From a virus (taxonomy: Duplodnaviria; Caudoviricetes), in IMG/VR virus record IMGVR_UViG_643348505_000006: DNA of 64,000 nt; one strand, written 5' to 3'. How positions within the stretch are numbered: the first letter of the stretch is position 1; every line of letters begins with the position of its first letter. The translations under genes and the position numbers were made by a program. The notes under the pieces were generated by a model. That model saw nothing but the letters and a program-made list of their open reading frames with translations, was not told the DNA's origin and did not search any database. Below are positions 56,437 to 64,000 of the stretch, one piece after another.

Positions 56437-56622
56437 CGAAAGAAGCTGCGCGGCGATGGCCTCATCTTGCTTGTAAGGCAAAGCTTCAAGGGCAAGCTCA
56501 ACAAGCCGGGCAGTGGTTTCATCTTCACCGGCTGCACCAATCAGCTTCCGAAGGACGGCATCAGCGGCACCCTCCGAGATGAAGGGGTTTTCGGTGACAA
56601 TTTGAGCGTGTCGATTTGTCAT
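56386..56622 (-). CDS. Hypothetical protein (78 aa)
   Basis: MTNRHAQIVT.. start matches the 21-codon MTKRQTEIVT.. ORF of prophage 1 (ATG 34201); overlaps the + ORF convergently. Confidence 0.5.
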   Translation of the reverse strand: MTNRHAQIVTENPFISEGAADAVLRKLIGAAGEDETTARLVELALEALPYKQDEAIAAQLLSSILLHDNLAEALNGRL

Positions 56623-56775
56623 TGTTCGTCTCGATGTTCTGGGTGAATGTTTGCGTGTGGCGCGGATCGCTGGACTGGACAGCCGGAACGCAGGAGCTTC
56701 TGAGAGGGAGTGCTTTTGCTCTGCCGGTGAAAACCCGGATGCCAAAGGCTAGAACAGCAAGCGATCCGCACCACC

Positions 56776-57114
56776 TCAGGCAGCCTCGCGGGTGCCGGAG
56801 CTTTCCAGGCGGCGCTTTTCCATGTTGGGCGGGCGCTGATAGTTTTCAGGCGGCTGCGGAGCGCGGCGTTGGCCATCAGGATGGTATCGGCTGCGCCACA
56901 ACAAATGCGGGCGTGTCTTCAAGGCAGCGGCAATCGCCCGTTCGCCTGCCAGATTGGCCTGCTGCAACGTGTTCCCGGCCGTGCCGCGCGGCAAGCCATA
57001 TTCCCGGTCGATCGCCAGCAGCGTGAGACCGGCCACATTGAGCCTGGCTTTTATGCGATTTATCTCATCAAGGCGCAGTTTCGCTGCCTTGTCCGCAATA
57101 CGGGCACGGTGCAT
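56776..57114 (-). CDS. ner: Ner/Nlp-like regulator
   Basis: GERAIAAALKTRPHLLWRSRY. Confidence 0.85.
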   Translation of the reverse strand: MHRARIADKAAKLRLDEINRIKARLNVAGLTLLAIDREYGLPRGTAGNTLQQANLAGERAIAAALKTRPHLLWRSRYHPDGQRRAPQPPENYQRPPNMEKRRLESSGTREAA

Positions 57115-57193
57115 AATAGTTCCTCGTTGTGAACGGGGAGGCCCTGACTGGCCTCCTTTTTCATGGGTGATTTGGTCTGTATTTATAGAGAGG

Positions 57194-57236
57194 ATAAAAC
57201 GGATTTCCGTCTTTGTAAAGCGGATTTACGTTTTAT
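57194..57236. promoter_or_regulatory. Prophage 2 immunity-region operators
   Basis: ATAAAACGGATTTCCGT ... GCGGATTTACGTTTTAT; each half is quasi-palindromic (ACGGA-TT-TCCGT). Confidence 0.6.
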
Positions 57237-57249
57237 TGCGTGTTACGAT

Positions 57250-57942
57250 TTGGCAAGACCTGAAGTCGATCCAAAAACGCCCATGGCTGCGCGTCTCCGC
57301 GAATTTCGCAGAGCGATCGGAGATCCAGATCGTGAGGAGTTTGCTCGCTCTATAGGTGTCAGTAAAACCACCTTGGCGTCTTATGAACGCGGAGAGTCTG
57401 AACCTACCGCCTCAGTGCTATTTGCCTATCGCGAAAAGCACGGCGCTGATGTTCTTTGGCTTGTTGGTGGCGAAGGCGAAATGCGCGGATCGCAGTTATC
57501 TAGCGCTGCCGTTGCAGAACGCGACTTCGTATTAATGCCACAATACGACGTCTGCGCCTCAGCAGGAACGGGCCGCCTCCCCGTCAACCAGATGCCAACC
57601 AGCGAAACAGCCTTCGAGCGTAAATTCCTCCGAGATCTCGGCGGCGCCCCCGACCACTGCTTCCTCATGTGGTCCACCGGCGACAGCATGCTGCCCTCAA
57701 TCCCCGACAACGCCCTCCTCATCGTCGACGCCAGCCAAACCACCGTCGACCACGGCCGCATCTACGTCTTCAGCGTCGGCAACGCCGTCCTGGTCAAACG
57801 CGCAAATTGGCGGATGGATGGAAGACTAGACCTGATCTCCGACAACACGGCCGGGAAGTATCCGGTGGAGACGTTCGACGCGAACCGGGTTGAGGATTTG
57901 GCAGTGGTTGGAAGGGTGATTTTTGTGGGGCATCCACCGTGA
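57250..57942 (+). CDS. CI/LexA-type repressor, HTH + S24 autopeptidase
   Basis: REEFARSIGVSKTTLASYERGESEP; ASAGTG cleavage site; GDSMLP (Ser) and LVKR (Lys). Start is TTG 57250 or ATG 57283. Confidence 0.92.
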   Translation: MARPEVDPKTPMAARLREFRRAIGDPDREEFARSIGVSKTTLASYERGESEPTASVLFAYREKHGADVLWLVGGEGEMRGSQLSSAAVAERDFVLMPQYDVCASAGTGRLPVNQMPTSETAFERKFLRDLGGAPDHCFLMWSTGDSMLPSIPDNALLIVDASQTTVDHGRIYVFSVGNAVLVKRANWRMDGRLDLISDNTAGKYPVETFDANRVEDLAVVGRVIFVGHPP

Positions 57943-58062
57943 TCCGCTGAAAAGCGACAGTTCAGCTTGACCATTTTTGGTTGTAATTAACGCCAAAGTT
58001 GCTCAAACATAGACAAGATAAGCTCTCCCTGATTTAGTATAATTCTAATTTAGGGGGCATCA

Positions 58063-58536
58063 ATGAATCTCAGAAAATTTGCCGCTGTGGCCATTGCTAC
58101 AGCGTTCGTTTCGTCGTGCGGAAGTGTCTCTCGCGGCACCACGGAAGATGTAACCATCCACGCCTTACCAGACGACGCATCGATCCGAACCTCCCTCGGC
58201 CCCGGCTGTCCCCGTTCGCCCTGCACATTTCCAGTGAAACGAAAAGACGCCTTCACCGCATTTGCGGAACGCGAAGGCTATAAGCCCGGATCGATCCAAA
58301 TCAAAACAGAGATCAGCGGTGCAGGCGCTGCCGGCTTCGCAGGCAATGTCCTCCTTGGCGGCGTGATCGGCATGGGTGTCGATGCCTACAACAAGTCGAG
58401 CTATGACCACAAACCAAACCCGGCTTATATCGTACTCGAACCTATCAACCCGAATGATCCGAAGACGCCACCTCAGAAAGCCCCCATGCTGCCAAAGAAG
58501 ACAGCTGGTGGGTCATCCACTAAGCCGACGAGTTAA
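58063..58536 (+). CDS. Accessory lipoprotein (PEGA-like)
   Basis: Lipobox VSSC; C..PC, GAGAAGFAGNVLLGGVIGMGVD. Confidence 0.8.
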   Translation: MNLRKFAAVAIATAFVSSCGSVSRGTTEDVTIHALPDDASIRTSLGPGCPRSPCTFPVKRKDAFTAFAEREGYKPGSIQIKTEISGAGAAGFAGNVLLGGVIGMGVDAYNKSSYDHKPNPAYIVLEPINPNDPKTPPQKAPMLPKKTAGGSSTKPTS

Positions 58537-58539
58537 AAC

Positions 58540-58573
58540 ATCCAAAAGGCCGCTTAATAGCGGCCTTTTGGAT
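58540..58573. terminator. Bidirectional intrinsic terminator
   Basis: ATCCAAAAGGCCGCT-TAAT-AGCGGCCTTTTGGAT between convergent genes. Confidence 0.85.
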
Positions 58574-58740
58574 ACATTGAATGGCGAAGGGACAAATTGT
58601 CCAGACACGATTAGGCAACTATCATCGACAAAAGGCTGAACGGAGCTCAAAACTGAATAAGACTTTGGGAAAACTCGTCCCCTTTTTAGTACGTCGATTG
58701 GCCTCAACTGATTTCTGCAAGTCACTAGCTGGGGTGCTCG

Positions 58741-61269
58741 TCATGAGCCTAATAGATGAGCAAGTTCAACGATTTTCGCACCGCTTACTTCCATAGAAAC
58801 TCGGTTATTGATGATACCCCGGATGGCTCCGCGTAAGCCATCGAAATCACCCGCGTCGATTCTAGCAACGCCTTCCATCACGAGCTGCTTGTGAAGCGCC
58901 TCGTCAACCGCAAGGTAGTCTTCGTGAGCGATCTCTTGGAAGAGACCTATGAGGAACTCCGGCTGACTTGAAACTATTTTAAAACGGATCGAACGCATCT
59001 CGTCGAGAGCGTAGCGAGCGGAATCAAAATCTCCTTCACGCACTGAGCGCCGCGCAGTAGAGACAAGGCGATCGTGCCGCTCGATCTCAACAGTCTCCGC
59101 CATGTCACGCAGTTCATCGAAACCTGTTTCAGCAGCCTCGACCTCTTTAGTTACGACTTGCTTTACATTCTCAGGACTAATTCTCAGCAGGGCAATCTCC
59201 TGCCTGATCTTGCGTGCCTCCTCGGTTACGGAACGGTGCGTGTCAGCGTCGATCGACACAGCGAGAGCTGCATGCTGGTCCTCGATTTTGTCTCGCAGGG
59301 GATTGATTTCCTGCTCTGCCGTCGGAAGCATTTCATTGAGCACCCGCAACTCCTCCTCGGCCCGCGCCAAGAGTGAGGTCGCGACCTGCGATCCTTGCTC
59401 TCCCTCGAAATTTATATGGCCACCCTCGACAAAGTATAGCCTCGGAGCATCAATCACGCGACCAATACTTGGGATTTCGACAGCGAAGCTGAGTAGGCCG
59501 TTATCGCTTAAACGCCAATGGACGATTAACTCATCGCCGCGAGCGATTCGTTCTCCGCGCGAAAGATCATTTTCGGCGTCGAGCCTGAAGTCGCCGATAT
59601 GCAGGTTCTTCTCTGGATCGTCGATACCGGTGGCCATGTCGAAGAACTCGAAATTGAGCGTGTCGGCTACGCCCCCACGCATTGTCTTTCCTGCACGAAA
59701 CGCCTGACGTCCCTCAGCAGGCAATGCAGTGCCTTTTGAGACCAATGGCACCAATTTATTACGTTCGTAGCCGACCGTACCCGTTTGCGTCTTGACGGCG
59801 AGCGTGTAGGTCATTGGAACGCTCGCTGCCGTGGCAAGCGCCCGAGTTATCAAAATGTCGCGGGAAAGTGCTGGTACCGCGATGCCATTTTCTCCAGAAA
59901 CTATGATCTTGAAGCGATGCTCACCGTCCCGGCGCAGCGAGAGTGGGATCTTCAACGGGCCATCAATCAATAGTCGTCCTGTCGTTGTACCCGTCTCGTC
60001 AATCACCTCGATCCAGAATTTATCGGCATTGGCGTCCTCTGGCCTCACACTCAGTCTGGTAGTCTCTGCTGTAACCCGTGCTTGGTACTCGAATGCGAGA
60101 TTGATAGATCCGCACACCTTTTCCCTTGATCGCGAAACCTTTCGTGTGGAATGACTTTCCTGCCAGACTCGACTCTCCGCAAAGATTGCAGCACCCATGG
60201 CGACAGCCGTCATCGGATCGAGATTCTGCTCAACTTCGATAGCAAGTTCGCGCTGCAACATTTCCCGAATGAGCGGCATCTTGGAGGGACCACCGATCGG
60301 AACAACCTTGCTAACATCCTCAGGACGATATCCATTGTCGGAAAGAACCTTCCGGCAGAGAGTGATCGTATCCTCGACTTTGTCACGTACGATCGCAGCT
60401 ACAGCATCGCGCGTTGTGTCGATACCAAGATAGATATCAGAGCCTTCAAGATCTCGCATCCGCACATCATCTTCGCTGGCGAAGATCGAGGCGCTGGCGG
60501 ATGCCGAAAGTTGAATCTTGGCTCGTTCAATAGCATGATGGGAGACTGTGGTGAGAAACCGAAAGGCTGGATCCTTCTGGAAATGCTCAGGCAGTTTAAA
60601 GTTGGACATGAGCCATGGTCGGACGATGCTGTCAAAGATGCGACGGTCGAAATCGCGCCCGCCGAGCATGTTGATGCCCTCGTGAGCTATCACGTTGACT
60701 GAACCACCAGTGCTGATAACGAGCGCTACATCAAAGGTACCACCGCCGAGGTCATAGATGAGAAAGACGCCATCTTTTACCGAAGACTTTGCGACAGCCG
60801 CAATGGCTGCAGCGACTGGCTCCTGAACCAAGCTCACCTTGTTGAGCCCGGCGGCGTTCGCCGCACGGATCGTAGCTTCGCTCTGCATCTGATTGAAAGC
60901 AGCGGGAATGGTGATCACTACGCCTTCGATCTGTCGACCGCCCGATTCCGTAGTAGCCTGAGCAACTAACGTACGGATAATTTCAGCGCTGCATTCCTCA
61001 GGAGTCCATTCCTCGTCGTTGATCCTTATGGGGCTTCGAGTGCCCATTGATCTTTTGAATCCAGCCGCTACGCTCTGCGGTGAGGTAACCGTGCGGTCAT
61101 AAGCACTTTTTCCAACAAACCTATGTCCCCTGCGATCGACATAGATCACACTCGGCAACACATCACTCCCATCTGAGGCCTTGAAGAGTCGAAGGTGACC
61201 ATCAAGATAGCCTACTACTGCCGAGTTCGAAGTTCCGAGATCGATACCGAGATACATGTTGAGATCCAC
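58741..61269 (-). CDS. Atypical Hsp70-family protein (842 aa; not the housekeeping DnaK)
   Basis: GIDLGTSNS, EPVAAA, YDLGGGTFD, LGGRDFD, GGPSKMP; about 130-aa insert after the NBD and a long helical C terminus. Confidence 0.92.
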   Translation of the reverse strand: MDLNMYLGIDLGTSNSAVVGYLDGHLRLFKASDGSDVLPSVIYVDRRGHRFVGKSAYDRTVTSPQSVAAGFKRSMGTRSPIRINDEEWTPEECSAEIIRTLVAQATTESGGRQIEGVVITIPAAFNQMQSEATIRAANAAGLNKVSLVQEPVAAAIAAVAKSSVKDGVFLIYDLGGGTFDVALVISTGGSVNVIAHEGINMLGGRDFDRRIFDSIVRPWLMSNFKLPEHFQKDPAFRFLTTVSHHAIERAKIQLSASASASIFASEDDVRMRDLEGSDIYLGIDTTRDAVAAIVRDKVEDTITLCRKVLSDNGYRPEDVSKVVPIGGPSKMPLIREMLQRELAIEVEQNLDPMTAVAMGAAIFAESRVWQESHSTRKVSRSREKVCGSINLAFEYQARVTAETTRLSVRPEDANADKFWIEVIDETGTTTGRLLIDGPLKIPLSLRRDGEHRFKIIVSGENGIAVPALSRDILITRALATAASVPMTYTLAVKTQTGTVGYERNKLVPLVSKGTALPAEGRQAFRAGKTMRGGVADTLNFEFFDMATGIDDPEKNLHIGDFRLDAENDLSRGERIARGDELIVHWRLSDNGLLSFAVEIPSIGRVIDAPRLYFVEGGHINFEGEQGSQVATSLLARAEEELRVLNEMLPTAEQEINPLRDKIEDQHAALAVSIDADTHRSVTEEARKIRQEIALLRISPENVKQVVTKEVEAAETGFDELRDMAETVEIERHDRLVSTARRSVREGDFDSARYALDEMRSIRFKIVSSQPEFLIGLFQEIAHEDYLAVDEALHKQLVMEGVARIDAGDFDGLRGAIRGIINNRVSMEVSGAKIVELAHLLGS

Positions 61270-61272
61270 AAA

Positions 61273-61629
61273 TTAGCTTTTGAGTGCCAGCAGGACACGA
61301 CCCATCTGGATTACCCGCATATCCCGGACAATTGCGGGAGAAAGGGTTCGCTCCACAACAAGTCCGTCCTCACTGGGAAAGTCTTCTAGATTATCCGCTG
61401 TCGCGGGGCTTCCAGGCCCGAAAGGCTCACCATCAAGGCTGATGACTTTAAGGCCAGCTTCCGCTGCAAGCGCATGAAGCTGTATCTCCGAGTATTTGAT
61501 CTGGGACGTGAGCCGATTTTTCTCCGCATCCGGTACAAGGCCAACGGTCTTCGCATACTGCTGGAGAAGTTTCCATTGCTCAACGCAAAGGCGAGCGACT
61601 ATCGAAGATGTTTCTTGGTCGTGCGTCAC
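61273..61629 (-). CDS. GrpE-like small protein
   Basis: Helical N part, then GEPFGPG..A...VVERTLSPAIV...VIQMGRVLL, resembling the GrpE beta domain. GTG 61629 has a good RBS just after the upstream stop (the track uses ATG 61680). Confidence 0.6.
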   Translation of the reverse strand: MTHDQETSSIVARLCVEQWKLLQQYAKTVGLVPDAEKNRLTSQIKYSEIQLHALAAEAGLKVISLDGEPFGPGSPATADNLEDFPSEDGLVVERTLSPAIVRDMRVIQMGRVLLALKS

Positions 61630-61630
61630 A

Positions 61631-63574
61631 TCACCATCCTTTTGCGACCGTTGCCGCATCACGCATGAATTGACTACCATTAGAGGACGCTTCGAGCTCC
61701 ACTGCGGTCATGTCGCTCTGTCGGTACCTAAAGTTACTACAACGCAGATTAAAGTCTGCAACCAGACCGTTGAACTTGTCTATCGCGGAATTCGATTGCG
61801 CCATTGTTCGCAGAAGATCGAGACGTTTGCCCTGAAAAATGCAGTACCGGATTTCAGATCGGTTGAGGGTCGCACCAACTCTCGGTAATGGCTTGAATTC
61901 TGACTTGTCATCAACACTCGACGCCTTGGTTGAAGCTGAAGAACTGAGCGGAAGTGTGCCGTTTACTGTTGACGATGGCTTATAGGACGAAGAGGGTGAG
62001 CTCGAATAGGACGGACTCTTGTTCGAGTTGACGAATGCTACCGGAATAAAAACTACAGCAAGGACCAACACACTGACGACAAATTTCGTCCGATTTTGGC
62101 GCCGTTTGTCAATTAATACCGAGTATAATTCAGCTAATTCAGGCTTGACCCCCACGGGAGCTATGATCATAGCAGCCTCCACCACCGCTGTCATGCGGGA
62201 GAGGTTGCCCTTTTCTTTTTCGATCTCAGGGATCTTCCAGTTGCGGAAGATGGTCTCTACATATTCAGTAAAGCGTGCCTTGGTTTCATCCGAGATCTTA
62301 GGTTTCTGCAGGATGTAATCCACTCCCCTAAGGATTATATAAGCGACTTCCGGTTTCTGCTGGTCGTTGTTGAAGAAGAGTGCGAGATCACCCGCTGCTG
62401 CAGCCGCCAAATTAGGGTCACCGACTTCCATGTAAGCCTTAAGCGCTTGCGCGAAAGAACCTGCAGGAGACCGGGCTTCCGCTGTCAACCCGTACGCCTT
62501 CACAGACTTAGCAAATTCCTGGTGAGCTGCCTTCGCCGCATCGCAAGCATCAACCAATGGCTGGAAAAGCATCAACTCCTGACGTTCGTTGATCAATCCC
62601 TCGAGATCTAAAAGATCTTTCTCCGATAGGTTCTTTAGCTCTTCAGCATGTGCCAGCCATGAAGCTATTGCAAAAAGCAATTCCTTTGCCTCGTCAAGCC
62701 TGCCTTCAACGTTGGTGAGGTAAAGGACGTACTCCCGCATTTCTTCGAAGATTTTCTTTGTTCGAGGTTCGGCATGGCCACGCCAATTGTAAAACCCGAT
62801 AACTGGCCGCGTGTAGTGGTTCCATTTTTTGAGCGCATTTCCGAGGCGTGAAGCAGCAGCGGCATTAGAAAGCGATCCAGATTTCGAACTCTCGATAGTT
62901 TCGTGTATTTCGTCTGCAATCCTCAACTGATCCTTTTCGCAGCGCTTCTCAAACTCCTTAACGAGCAAAGGAAGGAACGACGAGGGTGACCCGCTCAAAA
63001 TTTCGGCGTCAAGAACATCGCTTAAATGAGATGATCCATCGGAACCATCCATCAATCCCCTGACCAAGGAAACTGCGTGACGCTGCTTCAGGTCATGGAG
63101 AGTGGACTGGAAGGTCGTCTGATCAGGTACCGGAAAACCCGCAGCTCGCCTCGTCTTGTGGAGAAAGCTGAAGACCGGCTCCGGCTCAAACCATTTCCAG
63201 GTGTTTAGGTATGCAGCAAGCGCATCCTTCGTGATGGTTCGACGCGAGGCCATGTCGGCGATGACGTTAACCTTAGCCAAGTCAGGAAAGTTCGCTATTG
63301 TCTGCAGCAAAATCTCCTCATCTGTGTTTGAAGACTGATCCAACACTTTCGCGACTTGCGTTTCACTTAGTTCAGGAAGCCAAGATAGCTCGGCCTGCAA
63401 ACGAAGACGTGGCGTAACAAGAGCCTGCTGAGCCTTGTTAAGTACGTTCTCAGTTCTCGATGGACCAATTTCAGCGTCGTCGACGAGGTCAGCAATCTCC
63501 TGAGCAGTCGATTGAAACCGGGCTCCAAGTACATTGAAAGCGTTAGAACCAAGTGAAAATTCTTCGGTTTGCAT
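61631..63574 (-). CDS. Membrane-anchored 647-aa protein with degenerate J-domain-like N terminus
   Basis: NAFNVLGA..S..EI start but no HPD; long helical region; TM KFVVSVLVLAVVFIPVAFV after basic RRQNRTK; Ser-rich linker; Cys-paired C-terminal domain. Confidence 0.7.
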   Translation of the reverse strand: MQTEEFSLGSNAFNVLGARFQSTAQEIADLVDDAEIGPSRTENVLNKAQQALVTPRLRLQAELSWLPELSETQVAKVLDQSSNTDEEILLQTIANFPDLAKVNVIADMASRRTITKDALAAYLNTWKWFEPEPVFSFLHKTRRAAGFPVPDQTTFQSTLHDLKQRHAVSLVRGLMDGSDGSSHLSDVLDAEILSGSPSSFLPLLVKEFEKRCEKDQLRIADEIHETIESSKSGSLSNAAAASRLGNALKKWNHYTRPVIGFYNWRGHAEPRTKKIFEEMREYVLYLTNVEGRLDEAKELLFAIASWLAHAEELKNLSEKDLLDLEGLINERQELMLFQPLVDACDAAKAAHQEFAKSVKAYGLTAEARSPAGSFAQALKAYMEVGDPNLAAAAAGDLALFFNNDQQKPEVAYIILRGVDYILQKPKISDETKARFTEYVETIFRNWKIPEIEKEKGNLSRMTAVVEAAMIIAPVGVKPELAELYSVLIDKRRQNRTKFVVSVLVLAVVFIPVAFVNSNKSPSYSSSPSSSYKPSSTVNGTLPLSSSASTKASSVDDKSEFKPLPRVGATLNRSEIRYCIFQGKRLDLLRTMAQSNSAIDKFNGLVADFNLRCSNFRYRQSDMTAVELEASSNGSQFMRDAATVAKGW

Positions 63575-63859
63575 AAGATCTACTTCGTCCGCGAGGTGCT
63601 AATTGTTTCCCCTATTTTCAATCTTGCATAGTGACACAACTTTAGAAACACATTTTTTAGCGTATTTATCGTTCATTTCTAGGTCTTTGGACGAAGAGAT
63701 AACGGCGAACTGCATCTCCGCGTTTTCACCGCGTCTAACGACGAATAGCCAATCAGTCGGCACGATTGCCAAGATTGAGCTCATCCTTGACCGCCTCGCC
63801 ATAGCCTCCTCAAATGCCCCTCTCTTGATCAAGCATGCGTCGCTACTAAATTGGTCAGC

Positions 63860-64000
63860 ATGGGTACACTCATCGAAATGATCATCGGCAGCCTGTTTGG
63901 GGCGCCACCGGCAAAAACCAAGATCGGAAAGCGCATCCAGAACTACGGCTGGATCGTGCCAATTGTCATCGGCATCGGTTTGCTGATCTTCCAGCGGTGA
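63860..64000 (+). CDS. Small membrane protein (46 aa)
   Basis: MGTLIEMIIGSLFGAPPAKTKIGKRIQNYGWIVPIVIGIGLLIFQR*; ends at the window edge. Confidence 0.45.
   Translation: MGTLIEMIIGSLFGAPPAKTKIGKRIQNYGWIVPIVIGIGLLIFQR

Larger units (their letters stand above)
41216..58540 (-). mobile_element. Defective Mu-like prophage 2 (gpF to repressor/lipoprotein; may extend further right)
   Basis: Collinear paralogs of prophage 1 genes. Everything downstream of gpF is absent, and no end array was seen before 64000. Confidence 0.9.

Noticed and set aside
57570-57830. Strong C-rich skew in the S24 half of the prophage 2 repressor
   Set aside because: Explained by third-position codon bias or a recombined patch; no independent evidence of function.
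58597-58607. TGTCCAGACA as the prophage 2 terminus
   Set aside because: It resembles tgtcagaca at 36628-36636 but lacks the phased TTCCC array and inverted repeat; insufficient support.
58741-61269. Calling the Hsp70 gene dnaK
   Set aside because: About 200 aa too long, with an insert before the substrate-binding domain, no canonical DVLLLDV linker and accessory context.
63599-63832. 77-aa ORF as a fourth gene of the Hsp70 operon
   Set aside because: No clear RBS or motif; the AT-rich stretch may simply be the promoter region. Not excluded.

Overview
The window holds two related Mu-like (transposable) prophages in the same orientation. Gene content and GC-richness suggest an alphaproteobacterial, probably Rhizobiaceae, host; this is inference. 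Prophage 1 (<1 to about 36.6 kb, late and early genes on the minus strand) looks intact: lambda-like non-contractile tail, Mu-type head (protease/scaffold, gpT, gpF, portal, terminase), lysis cassette, Mor/C activator, GemA, MuB, MuA, ParB-like, Ner, repressor and a phased end-like array. Its tail end runs off the left edge. A DUF4365 nuclease two-gene operon follows, then an IS21-family element (38730-41215, istA/istB, 29/30 terminal inverted repeats, no target duplication). Prophage 2 (41216 to at least 58.5 kb) is cut by the IS inside gpF and has lost all downstream head and tail genes. It has a different large terminase, repressor type, late-promoter box and lipoprotein. Beyond its repressor is a three-gene operon: membrane-anchored J-like protein, GrpE-like protein and an atypical 842-aa Hsp70. 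No CRISPR, rRNA or tRNA was seen. The best leads are: (1) the Hsp70/GrpE/J-like triad; (2) a MuF C-terminal nuclease-like domain followed by a four-way-junction RNA instead of an immunity gene; (3) perfect palindromes at the same spot inside both ParB-like genes; (4) late-promoter boxes that co-vary with the activator recognition helix; (5) the DUF4365 pair. All family assignments come from motif recognition by eye, not database searches.
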